Assembly: GCA_030295235.1 (NCBI GenBank)
Contig: AP026124.1
Span: forward strand, 2,356,001-2,420,000
Direction of reading: 5' to 3'
DNA from: Fistulifera solaris
Lineage: Eukaryota
Length of the DNA stretch: 64,000 nt
Made by a program: the position numbers and the translations under genes. Below, in pieces: positions 27,511 through 40,500 of the stretch; position 1 is the stretch's first letter, and each line of letters opens with the position of its first letter. The notes beneath the pieces are model-generated. The model did not search any database, was not told the DNA's origin, and was given only the letters and a program-made list of their open reading frames with translations.

Positions 27511-28564
27511 TTAGAACCCGTCAAAGAAACCCGTATTCATTTGTTTCAACTTGGCCATACTTTCGTCCATTGTGGCAGTGGGAGGTGGCTGTCGTGTGGG
27601 TGATTCTGGAAGAGGCTGCGGTGGCGCGACTGCTACAGGTGCAGCTGGGACCACCAGCGTGGGGGCGGGCGCTACAACAACAGGGGCGGGCGATGGAGGC
27701 GGGACTTCTACATTATCAAACTCAGCTGCTGCAGTTCCTCCAACAGAAAGCTTGTTTACTCGCAGTTTAGTGGATGTTGCAGGTTTCTTTTTGAGCAAAT
27801 TCTTGCTGTTTGTTGAAGCACCCGACGACAATTTTCGTAAGACTAGCTTGGGTCCGTTTCCACTACTCGGTGGAGTCTCGAGACGACCCTTGGCATTTGG
27901 ATTTTGCGATGCCAACGTTGCCACTGGCTTGGCTTCTTCCAACGGCTTGATGGCGGTGGCTATCGCTTGAGGTTGATCCGCTAATGCTAAATTCTGGAGA
28001 GCTTCCGTCGCCTCCGCTTCCGCATCCGTTTCACCCCGGTGCGCCGCCACCAACTTACTCAACTCTACCTTGTACATTTGTGCTGCTTTCGATTTGTATT
28101 TCTTTTCGACTTTTCCGTGGAAATCGGTGAAACCGTGTTTTTGAAAGTACTCACGAGCATTTTTGTTGCCGCCCAGTCGCATCGCATCTATTTGACCCTG
28201 CGTCCATTCATCAAGATCTACCGCACGGACAAAGGTAATGTGTACACCCATAGAGCGATGTGTTGCCGAGCAGTCTAAGCACAGAAAGACACCTGCGATG
28301 GAGAATGATTACAAAATGCAGAGTGAGACGACGACTAAATATTGATCTTAATCGGTCTTGTTCTTTCCTATAGCTCACCATACGTGACCGAAGCCCAAGT
28401 TGGCCGTGTCGCAGGACAATCAAAGCACACTTGATTCGCACTTATAGCTTTTAGTTTTTGAATTGAGCATTCTTATCGGCAGTCGGAATGCAAACCTGTC
28501 CTCGACCTGCGGCTGTGACGGTTCCGTCCTCTCGCAAATTACCGGATACGGGTGGCTGTGACAT
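27511..28564 (-). CDS. ArfGAP2/3 (Glo3)-like ADP-ribosylation factor GAP
   Basis: [54 protein letters not shown]; intron 28293-28378; frameshift at the T-run near 28457. Confidence 0.92.
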
Positions 28565-28991
28565 GATTGCTATGTTGTGTCTCTCTATATTTCAGCAATA
28601 TCTTTTTGAGAGCGATGAATCCTTTTGCGGTGTGAGGCGAAAGAGAGGAAAGAAAAGGATCGTGCCTATTATGACTATACTCTGTTGCGATGGAATAAAA
28701 TGCCAACACCCGCCGTGTGCGCGATCGCTGCTTTTTCTCTCCGTCGATCGATCGAGTGTCCACGACCTGGTCTGTCGTGAACCCGCTACTTTTTAGTCCT
28801 GAGTCAACAGGGACTCACAACCGACCGTACGTCAGCGTTTGTCATTCAAATCAAAGGAAAACGTCAAACGCATCATTTCCCCTCACTATCTGACTATTGG
28901 CATTATTATTTCGGCTTTAGACTTTAGAATTGATAAGAAACGTCGCAAAGCACTTCATACCTAAGCCGATCAGATCTACACCCATTCCGTC

Positions 28992-29907
28992 ATGTTTTAT
29001 CGAGTTACTTTATGTTCCGCAATGGGCATGCTCTTTTTCGCTCCCTATTTTCACGCCTTTACTTTAACTCCTCCACCACCGCCACGTTTCGCAACAACTC
29101 TTAATATGTCTTCGCGATCCAGACTGCAAGGAAATCAAAGAGAACCTACACAACAAGAAATTGCTATTATGGATGAAATGATTGACAAATTAGCGAACGC
29201 CAAACCGTACGAATTACCGAATGCGGTTCGACGTGCCTTCCGAGTCGTTTCCAGTCCCCAGTTCTTTTGCGCATTGCCAGTCGTACCGATACTGCTGCCA
29301 GTAACGAAGAAAAAGAAAAAATTGGCCGCCTTGGCGTCCAACTTGGTGAGCACACTCGATGTGGTCGTCGAAACGACGGAAGAACAACTCGATGAACGGG
29401 CGGCGCAAGTGCAACAAGTCGTGGCGGCGGCAGCCGAAACCCGACAGTGGGGAATTCTTGGTTCCTTTATTGCCGGAGCGCTTGCAATCCATGCGGGAGG
29501 AATTGAAAAAATTAGAAGAAGCCTATTTAGATGAAGGGTTTTTGAGTACTTTGGATGCCTGGATGAACAAGAGTCAACAGGATGGGATGGACTTGATGGT
29601 CGGAATACTGCAAAAGGTCTTGCAAATGTACGCTGGCTTACAAATAGCTCGTTCGCGCGAACGTAAAATGGACTTTGACAAAGACGACGCGGCCGAACAA
29701 CTTCTTACCATTCTCTTGGAACAAGATGCTGATGAATGGGATAGTACCATCCGAGCTTCGTCGGCATCGTCAACGGATTTGATGAAAGCCGTACAGCGTA
29801 CTACGGAGAAGATTGTTTTACAACTAGAAGCAGGATCTATGTCGCAACGAGTGCAAGCTGAATACCTTCAAGAGCTAATGAAGCGTGTGAATTCGTCGAA
29901 AAAATAA
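28992..29907 (+). CDS. plastid-targeted helical protein of unknown function
   Basis: Bipartite presequence (..FHA-FTL); overlapping helical ORFs 28992-29534 and 29359-29907 joined by homopolymer frameshifts; resembles by recall the At4g37920-like family. Confidence 0.6.
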
Positions 29908-30000
29908 TTTCACAATTATATTATGTACTGTGCCTGTAAACGTATGAAAGTACATCGGTAGTTTTTAAAAGGCGATAAGGTCTAAACAAAACAAGGTTTA

Positions 30001-31035
30001 CTACCGACCAAGACACTTGAGCGCCTGCTGCAGACGCTCCGCAGCGAGTTCGACGTCTTTATCTTCCAACGCTGCCATGGCGAAACGGGTAAGTTCCGTA
30101 GCATCGGCGAGCTGTGTTTTCGAAACGTTTCCGTGCGATGTAGATCCTTTGTTGCTTACAGTGAACAGACTGCTCGGTGGAGCGGGGGCTGGAATACGTC
30201 GCGGAGGGGGTGAAAATTTAGGAGGAGGCACAGGATCCTCCGGCGGGGGAACACTGAAAGTCATGGGTTCGTCTTTGTCATCATCACTTGCTGGATAAGC
30301 GGGTGGTGGGGCCATCTCCTCGTCGTCACTTGGGGGGATGTAGGGTGGAGGCGGGGGTACAGGCGCGGGCACGATTCGCGTCGTCGGAGCGGCCGAAGGT
30401 ACGAAAGGTACAGCAGGAGGAAGTGCTTCATGTCCATTAGTCTGATCAGTGGCCTTATCGGCAGGTTTGCCTTCCTCATCTTCTACTTCCTCCTCGCTTC
30501 CAGGCGCATCTTCGTCAGGATCATAAGCACCGGGTGTCGGTTCTCTTCCTTCTTTGATGGCGTTCAATATATCGGTGGCCTTCCATTTCGCGTACAATAT
30601 TTTCTTCCGATCACGAGCTCGGTTGTCAGCAGACTCCGCAGCATCGGGCGAGTAAAATTGCTCCAAAATTTGCAAGAAAGTAGCCGCTGCATAAAATGTC
30701 TTTGCTGTATTCTTGTTGGCTTTCCCTTCTCGGTCTTCGAAGTCAGCCTTATCAAAAATATCTGTCGCAAATTTTCGGCATAAGAACGCAGCCTCTTCTC
30801 TAGTGAATTGACTCATAGCTTCTTTTTCGCCTTCGAGCTGCTCCAAGAGATGCCCTAAGCAAGTTTTAGCACCAGCACTGCTACCCGCTAAAGGGATTCC
30901 GGTATGAACTGCATATTGACGGCAGTAGTAAGCCACGATCCGCGACTCCGGCTTTACTTTGTCACGGTCCAACTCTTCCGCTCGACGCACGACCGGCTGG
31001 ATTTTCTTCAATTCATCTGGAATTGCAAGTGGCAT
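30001..31035 (-). CDS. VTA1: ESCRT Vps4 cofactor Vta1/LIP5
   Basis: RAEELD..VAYYCRQYA, FA..IFDKAD.EDR, KILYAKWKA.DI..AIKEG..PTPG, Pro-rich linker, C-terminal VSL (A.E..RFA..AL...DV..A...L..AL). Confidence 0.93.
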   Translation of the reverse strand: MPLAIPDELKKIQPVVRRAEELDRDKVKPESRIVAYYCRQYAVHTGIPLAGSSAGAKTCLGHLLEQLEGEKEAMSQFTREEAAFLCRKFATDIFDKADFEDREGKANKNTAKTFYAAATFLQILEQFYSPDAAESADNRARDRKKILYAKWKATDILNAIKEGREPTPGAYDPDEDAPGSEEEVEDEEGKPADKATDQTNGHEALPPAVPFVPSAAPTTRIVPAPVPPPPPYIPPSDDEEMAPPPAYPASDDDKDEPMTFSVPPPEDPVPPPKFSPPPRRIPAPAPPSSLFTVSNKGSTSHGNVSKTQLADATELTRFAMAALEDKDVELAAERLQQALKCLGR

Positions 31036-31399
31036 TTTCAATGATGATAAGGTGTGATGAGCAAAAATGAGCAGATGTCGTGCTTATTATTGCTAATCAT
31101 TGCTGTTAACGTGATAGAAGAGGAGGAGGAGCTGGTTCTGGTTCGTGTTTCGCGCTTCGTGTTTAACAATATGGACACTTGTACCGGTGCTAGAAGGACC
31201 GTACCAGGTACAACTACTTCTTACTAGATACCAGCAATGGATAGACAGACTGTACACAAGGCGCAACGGTTTTGAAATGTTACATTGTCAATTGTCAATG
31301 TGAACTTGCTTTACTTTCTTGGTTTAAACGTCACATAACGGCTTCCGTTATCATACAAGGACGCATTTTTAGCTAGCATAAAATAATAATAGTGTACGG

Positions 31400-31422
31400 T
31401 ACCTGGTACCTGGTACCAGGTA
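31400..31422. promoter_or_regulatory. three overlapping TACCWGGTA palindromes (candidate promoter element)
   Basis: tacctggtacctggtaccaggta between the divergent VTA1 and 31882 genes; the same motif recurs upstream of many genes in the window. Confidence 0.55.
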
Positions 31423-31881
31423 GCAAATGAATTATTTTGTTAGCGGAGACAGGGACACTGTACCCGTCTAGATCAAAACGTGCTAGATAGATCGTCGTGT
31501 ACCGTTGCGCACAAATACAATTGTAGGGTACAGAAAGGACAGACACTCGTTGGCAGAATTTTCCCCAACAAACGCGGGTCGTTGGTCGTTGCATTTCAAA
31601 AGAAAAACATACTTGAGAACGACCCGTGTTACAAGGTTTATGACAAGGCATTAACTTCTTGGTTCTTCATTGTAATATAAAAAGGACCTTCGGCTAGCTG
31701 CTTTCCGGAAGGCCTGAAGCTGGAAAAGGGGTAGCAGCCATCTATCCAAGTTGTAACTGCCTTCGTCGGGACGTTATAAAGGCGTGACGCTGTAACGGAC
31801 CGAGATAAACAACTTCGACCTTTCCAAAGTCGGCTAGCAGCCATTGATATCAGTGAATCGGTCAAAATACATCGGTTGACA

Positions 31882-32396
31882 ATGAACTTGATGGAGAGAT
31901 CTGGAGTTGAAGAAAAGAAGGAAGATGCGACAGAGCAACCCCTTTGCAACACAATCAGCAATCAAAATCGGACGAAAAGGATGAAGAAGAGCAGAAAAGT
32001 GGTTTACAGGCACAAATGGAAAGCTACGCGCAATGCATATTTGGTTCTTGCGGAGAAGTCGCGTCTATTTTCACTGGACGGCGGAGGAACAATCGTGATA
32101 TTCATGACAACAATGATGGCCCTCCGCCCCCTCCTCCTCTTAGTATCGCCGATGAATTGCGGAGGCTTGCCGCGCAAAACGGTCAGATATGGGGTGGACC
32201 ACGGGCACAAGACATTCCTCGCTTCTTGGGCGAAGAGGCGGTACATTCCTTCGATGACGACAACATTTCACAAATCTCTCAACATACTCTGGAAGAATTG
32301 ATGCGAAACGGCGACCCTGTCGCACATCGACGGATGCTCCAACAGCAGCACCAGCAAATGACTCAGCAGCAGCAACAAGAGCAAAAGTTACCTTGA
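31882..32396 (+). CDS. hypothetical protein
   Basis: ATG 31882 in acaATG context, probable frameshift at the C-run near 31939 into ORF 31944-32396; coding-like, Gln-rich tail. Confidence 0.45.
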
Positions 32397-32704
32397 CGGC
32401 ACACTTTCTCTGGTTCGTAGCTTGAAGTTGAGAGCACTTCTAGCATGATAACAATGTCAACCTTGATAATCTATTTGTATCCGATTGTACCACTCTATTT
32501 CAAAGAACAACTTTGCATTCAATGTTCATTTTAGAAAAGACAGTAAATCGTGCAAGCGTTTTTGGACAAATAAGATAGATAATTAGATGTAAGATAGTTT
32601 GTAAGTAATATGAAGTTAGGGAAGAAGTTGACGACTCAAATTCACAACGTTAACCATACTCGTTCTGAAGTGACGAAACCTCGTGCTCCATGCGGTTTGA
32701 GAAG

Positions 32705-33672
32705 CTATGTAGTATATTCACAGATCATTGGATCAGCAGAGTGAAGGAGAGCGAACTCGCATCGCAAGAGGTGTTGCCGATCCGCAATTGCTCGGCCGAA
32801 TGAGCGCCGACCCCAAGAACTCTCACGGATTCTCAGAGATTTGTCTTGAAAAGGCTTACGATCTTCCAGCATGCTCAAGTAAATTTTTTCAATAATGAAC
32901 TTGCCCTCTTTGTATTTTTGGCTTCGTTCGTAGGCTTTCTTGTAGGTCCAGCCTACCAGAGTATCGCATCGCTTGCAAAAGAGGTCACAGACGCTATGCA
33001 AGCCAGTCAGCAAGTGACGATCTTCTGCCGGTCCAATGTTCACATTGACACAGTTCTCTAACAAAAACGCTCTTCCGTGGCGACCGTGGAAGCTCTTGGA
33101 GATGATATCGTCATGTGACGATAAGTGCGTACCGCACTCGCTGCAGGCATAAATGGAGGGGCCCTCCAAATACACCATCATGTCGTTCTCGTGGCGCGCT
33201 TGGCGCGACATGGCACGAGCAACAATCGGGCTCACCACCCGAAGCGTCGTTTCTTGGATATCCGATGATCGTTTCATATGCACGGTGGAGGCATCTTCAC
33301 GTGTACTTGCTGAAGTTAGTGAGCGAACGCTGTCAGGGGATCCGATACGGAGATCAACGCCAACGGATCCACTGTCGTGATGAAAGATAGAATCTTTCGT
33401 GTGCTGACGACGTTTGTTAATCGATGACGTAGAAGAACCAAGAGAGGAAATAGATCGATCAGCAAATGAGATGGCCCTGGTGCGTTGAGGAGAAGGGTGC
33501 ATAGCCGTATCTGGGTCGCTCATGGAAGCGCCACGGGAAATGTATGAAGGAACTGAAGAAGAGGCCGAGTCTGTGAATGAAAATTCAGTTCAAGAATTTT
33601 TGGTGAGATGATTTCATTCAATCAGCATCAGGATCAATCCACTGCGATATACTTACCGGGTGAGAAGGCCAT
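32705..33672 (-). CDS. Yippee-like (YPEL) zinc-binding protein
   Basis: YACSECGTHL..HDDIISKSFHGRHGRAFL, LLTGLHSVCDLFCKRC...VGWTY..AYERSQKYKEGKFIIEK; short first exon MAFSP, intron about 33571-33656. Confidence 0.93.
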
Positions 33673-34632
33673 CCTGTTTGTTCGAAAGAATCGACCTGAA
33701 AAAAATCGCTATTATGGCAAGCAGTCAGTGTGACAGGTCGATCTGGAATGACGCAATGCTTTGACGTGTCACTCACTAAATTGACTGGTTGCAAAGCGAT
33801 AAAAGAGATTCGTTAGACAAGTCACTATCGCGCAAGAATCATGAGAATGAGAACCTGATTCATCTATTGCAAGAAGCGCGACCAATCGTAGACCGCAAAC
33901 TTTAGGGTATCACCAAGAAAACTGACCTGAATACTTTGTAAGCAACAGAAGCCGTTCGTTGAAAGGATTGAACGTGACAGTAATGATGAAAATGAATTTT
34001 GCGTGAAAGTTTAATTCCGAGTTCTTGGGGTGAGCTTGGTTTTAGAACATCAATCCTGGGTTGAGGAACGAGATTTTCTGGTGACAGTCGTGATCTTCGT
34101 GATGATGTTCTCTCGAAAAAACATCGAGTGTCGCAAGTCAAGTGAGTCGCTTCGGCATCTTTATATCAGCCAGGTAGTAGAGCCACCTTCACGTCCTTTT
34201 TTGAGTGCAAGTCTGTAATTGAAAAACCTGTTACTCACACACACCTACCTGTTGACGTTGACGCACATGGCCTTACAGTATTCTACGTCCCATCATTTTT
34301 AGCGACCAAGTGGACAAGTTGACATTAGAAATAATTAGAATGCACTCTATTGGTACCGGTGCGAAACGTCTTAAGACCCCGTTATTTCGTGATGCCGCGT
34401 GTACCAGGTACCGGTATGTTTTCGGCGTTGAAAAATAATAACGGAGGCGAAGAAAACGTAGGGAGATGCATTGAGAAATAGAAGGCACGATCACTAAACT
34501 TACTAGGTATGCCTTTGAAAAACACACAAGTCGCATATTCATTTCGTTGACAACAATCGATATTGTGATGTGACCCGCTCTCAAAAGCTAGAAGCGAGAA
34601 GACTAAGTTAATCGTGATTGTTAATTGCTTCC

Positions 34633-37555
34633 ATGAATTCCAACAATTTGCGGACTCCCCCGAGGGCCAAACTAGAAACCGTATGCGCTCATCCCCTATC
34701 AGACGAAATTACATTCCATTCTGCGCCTGAAATCAACACAGCCTCTTATATTCAAGCGGCCGCAAGATCAATCCTGGATGGCAGCCCATCTGGAACGAAC
34801 GTATCAGATGACGATAGTTGCTCGAATGGGCACCAAAAACGTCCTCTTTACTCTCGAATCTCTTCAGAAACAGGTTGCTCCCGCCATGCCAGACGAGCAG
34901 GATAGGAAACGATTTCTGGTAAGTTCTCATTCACTCAAATTTACGCTATCGAACTCCTGCTAACCGCTTTTGGATAGGGTTGCTTGGCAGCAGTTCTGGC
35001 GAAAATGTACAGTTACGACAATTTGAAAGACATTGAAGATGGACAAATTAATGCGGAAGCCATGGCTTACTATGAACGATCTGAAAGCAGCGGATGTGAT
35101 GATTTTGATGATCTTGATCGCACTGTGGACTCTTCAGTGGGTGGCAGTTTTGATTTTGATTCCGAGGATTCTCAGCACAATGGAGGACAATCAAGTGGCA
35201 ACCCACATCAAGCAGCAAAGAAGGCGTTGAGCAGGCATCGGAGGCGAAGGTATAATGTGCTTTCAGAATTGTTACTCTCGTCGGCTGACTTGTTGATGGT
35301 AGACAAAGGCTCGGCGAAAGCTTTTTTACCAATGCTATCAAAGCTCATGTTTCCCCAGGCGCAGGAATCTTTCGTCGATAGTGAGACGAGCATGGATTTT
35401 CGACGGAGTAGAAAGGATGATGTGACAAAAGGAGGCACAAAAGCCAAGATGTGGTATCTCAATGCATTGACAACGTGGATTTTTTAAGACCTTTTCTCGA
35501 GTCAATGTCGCCTGGGTCTGGCTTTCGATGTTTAGCGCTATGTTTGTTACAGCATCTTCTTCGCAATGAGAAGGGTTACGACGCTCGGATACGATACGCG
35601 TTCAAAGAAGTCGGTGTTTTTGTTCTTATTCATGACTTGGAAAAAGATCCTGTTGATGTTTACCTGCAAGAAAGGTTTTCGCGAGGCAAGGAGGAGAGAT
35701 CGCGGAAACTAATTGAACTTGCCACTAGAAAATTCGAGTTTCTCGAGCATTGGATTGCTAGGGAACTCTTAAAGCACTCGAATGAAGCCAAGGTGCCATC
35801 CACAAATGAATCTCGCGGAGGAGATAATGGATCCAATAACCAGTCCAAGGCTTACGAATACGAGCAGATGATGCGAAGATTAAAAATCGGGGGAGCCGCT
35901 ATTGTGGCCGGAACGCTATTTGCGGTTTCGGGGGGACTTGCAGCGCCAATTCTTGCAACAACTATCGGTACAATCGCTGGTGGAACAGCAGTGACAGCGG
36001 TCGCAGCTTCTATTTTAACTAGTACCGCCGCTGTTACGGCTATATTTGGAGTTGGGGGTGGCAGCCTAGCAGCCTATAAAATGCAGCGAAGGACACAAGG
36101 ACTGACTGAGTTTAATTTTATGAAGGTTTGTGGAAATGAGCATAGTAATGATACGCATGGAGTTGAAGCTGAGTTATTCAGCACAATTTGTCTTTCTGGG
36201 TGGCTACGAGATAAATTTGATTTTCAGCGGCCCTGGGGGTCAACCCCACAAATCCACCTTTGCGGGATAGATTGGAGCTGCTGCAACGCTTTTATCAAAT
36301 ATATCGACCGAATCATGTCTTGAAATGTGAGAAAATCCTTGAACAATGGAAAGGAGAAGAATCGGAATTATGGAAACTCTTGGAACAAAAGTACGGTCGT
36401 AATCCCGATAATCTTTTCCCCTTAGTTGACGGTCCCCGGACAAAGGCAGACTTGACACTAGAACAGCGAGAGATAGTTGAACACCTTTTCTTCGAAATTA
36501 TACATGGATCTCCCAGCGATACAGTCAAGCAGAATCATCCTGCCGAAGCTACTGCCTCGTCAACAGATTGCACTTCAGTGACAACTCGCACAAACAGCTC
36601 TTTTAATTCTTGGAGCGAAACCAATGTCAGTGGTCGCAATGATACTAGGCTTCGACCTGAAGATAATAGCGAGGCGGTGCCAGCGTATATCCGAAACATA
36701 TGGGACTACAAGGCTAATTACGGAGGAGAGCTGTACACGGTAAAATGGGAATCTAGTCTACTACAGGAACTTTGCGACTCTGTGACCGATTTAGCATTCG
36801 ACGTCGTCAGTGGAGGTACAGCACAGCTACTCAAACACACAGCTCTGTCCACCCTCCTATCTGCCTTCGCGTGGCCATGGGCCCTTGTCAATGCAGCTAA
36901 TCTGATTGACGGAACATGGACTCTAGCAGCCGAACGATCGGATGAAGCTGGGAAAGAGCTAGCCCGCAGCTTACTATTCAGTGGTGCTGGGAACCGGCCT
37001 GTTGTCCTGATAGGCTACTCCTTCGGGGCGCGTGTCGTTTATGCGTGCCTCAAAGAACTCGCGCGCTATCAGGGAGGCATGGGAGGATTACCAAGAACAG
37101 CTTACGCAAAAAAAAACAGGGTCGTTTTCGAAACCCAAGCCAAAAAAAAAGACGAAATGTTTTCAAAGATGCGAGAACCCGCAAGCATTGTCGAAGATGC
37201 TATTTTGATGGGTCTTCCGAATCATTTGAGCTTAAGCTCGTGGAAAGCTTGCCGACAAGTTGTCGCGGGTCGGCTTGTAAATTGTTTTTCCCAAAAAGAC
37301 TTAATTTTATCGCTCATGTTTCAATTGAAACGCTTTGGTGGTCTCAAACCTGTTTGCGGGGTCTGTGCTGTCAAAGTCGCTGGAGTCGAGAACGTAGATG
37401 TGACTGATCTTGTACTTGGCCATCAAGATTACACCACATGCATTGGTGATATTCTTGAGAAAGTTCGCCATGGTCAGCCGTTTCCAAGTAGATTCTTTAG
37501 CAGAAAGACAATCTCAAGGAATCCGGCCACCGATGTTTCTAAATTAGACATCTAA
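34633..37555 (+). CDS. TMCO4/DUF726 family alpha/beta-hydrolase-like protein
   Basis: GYDARIR, KIGGAAIVAGTLFAVSGGLAAP, IDGTW.LA.ERSDEAG..LA, RPVVLIGYSFGARVV, VVAGRLVNCFS..D.IL; intron about 34919-34977 plus several frameshifts. Confidence 0.88.
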
Positions 37556-37589
37556 ATCAAAACTTATGGTTTATAAAATCTGGGTTTGT

Positions 37590-40500
37590 TTAGCATCCAA
37601 TCTCTTTGACCAGTAAATTGCAAAGAAACATGATTGAGTTGATGTTGGCTCTCAACGATGGATCAACGTTAGAACTTGCACTCATACTCAAAAGGCGCAT
37701 AATTAGAACGTTTGTTCCGGAGATGTGAATTCTGGAAGGAGGCAGTCCATTAACGAGCCAGCGACCTTCACTCGCACGCGTTTCGATCCATTCACAAAGA
37801 TCAGCGTCTAGTACACCCATTACATTCCGTCGATCAATTGCGCTCATCCGTTTACCGCAAAGAAATTCGTTAAGCCGACGGCATGCGATATCAACACCGT
37901 GCTCGACAAAGATACGAGCTTCAATTTGAGACACACTTCTGGTCAGAAGATCATCAACGCAGTTATCCTTTTCCAGTTCATACATGGCAAGTAAGAACTG
38001 ACTTCGAACAGATTTGGGGTCGATAACCCAAACGTTGGCGAGGGTTTCGATTTCTTGCAAATTGAAGTGTTCCATAACGACATTAGGCCAAGCGTTTGCC
38101 CTAGCGACAATGGCGTCTTCGACGAAAGCCGATCTTAAATGCGAAACATCTGAATCCGAAGCGAAGGGCTTGGAGAGTGAAATCGGAAGGAAACAATCGT
38201 AGATCGAGGGCACGCACTTCACCAAGGCATTAACATTGCTTGACACCAATAAGGCGCAAACTACAACGCAATGCGTGTCAAGTGCCGACTTGTCTACTGC
38301 GAAAAGACGACCTACTACACGAGAAAGCGATACGTCTGGTCGCACCTGAGGCCAAGTCGTTGTCTTTCTCTCAGTTGGAGTGGCAAAGGTTAACGCAGAA
38401 TCAATGTCGAAGTCGATGCTTCGTAAAACCCGGAGAAATTTGAGAGCTATTCTACCAAATGGTACAAACCAGTCCTTGTTCTGCAAAAGCGACGACAGCT
38501 TGTCTTCACCAATCCCTTGATTATCTTCCCAACCAAAAGCTGCGCTCGGAACACCACAGAACATCTTTGCCATATTTCCAGGGATATAGCAGCGACCACA
38601 AGGTTGTAATCATCTCCTGTGATTGATTTTAGTGCCATATAACTATTATGCAAGTGATTCAGATCAGTGGGGTCTTTGACCCATTCCATTGATAGCAACA
38701 AAGAACGATGAGCGGCCAGTAAAGGTGGGCTGTTGTGTGATTTCAAAAAAAGAAGGAGCGCGCCAAATCTATCCTCGTCGTCGAAGTCGAGAAAGTACTC
38801 CATTCTTTCATTATCGGTAATTTTGCTAGCAAGACAAGAGTTTTGTAGCGCTCTTAATCTTGCTGGATTGTCGCTCTCTGGCTGCGAAGGATCGAAAGAA
38901 TGGGAGCTAATCGCACAAGCTTGCTCGAGTAAAGAAATCTCTTCTTGGTCATGACTCATGACCAGCTCATCGCGCGCGATCCATTCATAAACTGAGAAGA
39001 CCTCACCCTCATCAACAAGTTCAATACTGAGAGGAGCATGAAAGCTTCCTCCTAGTCGTAGAAAAACTAGCAAACAAACTCGGAGTTGACGAAGAATTTT
39101 GTCCCAATCTTCAATAACCTTTCGACTCAACACCTTACCGTATGATGTTTTCTCAACATTCGATGATGCTTTTGCCGCAGCCTCGCGGCAAATAGCAGCA
39201 AGAAGAAAAAGACCGTACGAGGTCACTTGAACTTCTGCAACAGGCATGGAGTGGAGCGAGCACAATTGTGGGACTCGCGTCGTCCCAGTTTTCAAGTGTT
39301 CGTGTTGCTAAATCGCGTAAGAAGCGAGTCATGGGTGGATTCGGCGAGAACATTCCCTGCATTATTTCCTTTTTCGATAAAGTCATAAACCACTCCCCAA
39401 AGCATTGGAGCACATATTCAGTATCGTATCTTGTCCCAAGTGTCCCGAAAACAGTGTAAACTACGTTAAGCGAAAAAATATCACCGAGCAATGGACGGAG
39501 AATATGGACCAGAATTTCACGGCGAATTCGTGAGCTTTCACTGAAACGAATAACCATATCTTTTGACGAAGGTGTGTCCATGGATGTTTCGAGATAACAT
39601 GACGCGAAAAGGCTCGAAACACGGAGCGCCCCTTTGGAGAGCTTTTCCGGTATGGAATCGATTGAAACCTTTGAGCAGTTTTCATAGGTTTGAAGCCACC
39701 CCATGGCCTCGGCACCCCACCAGAAATCTAGTGTTCCTGTCAATACGGTTTCAGCTTTAGCAACTGCTCCTTCGTACTTGTGCACGATGTCGAACACTTT
39801 TGATATCTGACGAGAATTACGATTTTTTAGAACAACGGCCTGAAGCCAACTGCACTGGCGGGAAGACGAAAAAAGACTTACCTGCGTATGGTACTGAAGC
39901 TTCTCCGAGAGAGCCTTTATGTGTGGATTTGAGCTAACCTCCGTATCACCAGTTTTCAGTCCCTCTTCTAATCTCATTTTGCAATACTCTATAGACGTCT
40001 TGTGAAATTCGAAACTTCCTCCAAGTTTCTCCTCAACTAATGTTGAAGTTGCTATTAGGTCGAGCGCCGTCGCGAGATCGCCTAACTGAATCTCAGCCAA
40101 TGCCCTGTAGACGTCTTCTGCGGAGAAGTCTACATTCGTAGCTGATAGCAGCTGTTGCAGTTGCTGTAAGCGTAGTGTAGCATTTCGTGCCGACCCTGTC
40201 GACACAATCCCCTCCGTTCGGTTCGGCGTTCCCTGCAAAGCCGTATTTTGTTGTACATCTTCAACCGCCTCAATGATGTTCTCGGATAGGCTCACTACGG
40301 AAGAATGGAGAAGAAAAGATGTTGATTGAAGCGAAGCTTGTGACCACAGCGTACATGGGACGATTCTGGCATCACGACCGACCTGAACAGCAGTCACACG
40401 AGAGAAATCCACCAGAGACCACACTTCCACAACATGACGATGGCTCGAATGAATCATGAGTCGCAAATCTACTTTGCCTTGGTCCAGGACGACTTGCACC

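Noticed and set aside
27551..27970. Long antisense ORFs (also 1762-2193, 41326-41739, 59045-59449)
   Set aside because: Shadows of well-supported genes on the opposite strand, with no independent motifs.
33649..33662. atacttaccggg resembling the 5' end of U1 snRNA
   Set aside because: It is the reverse complement of the YPEL intron donor (G|GTAAGTAT); no U1 body follows.
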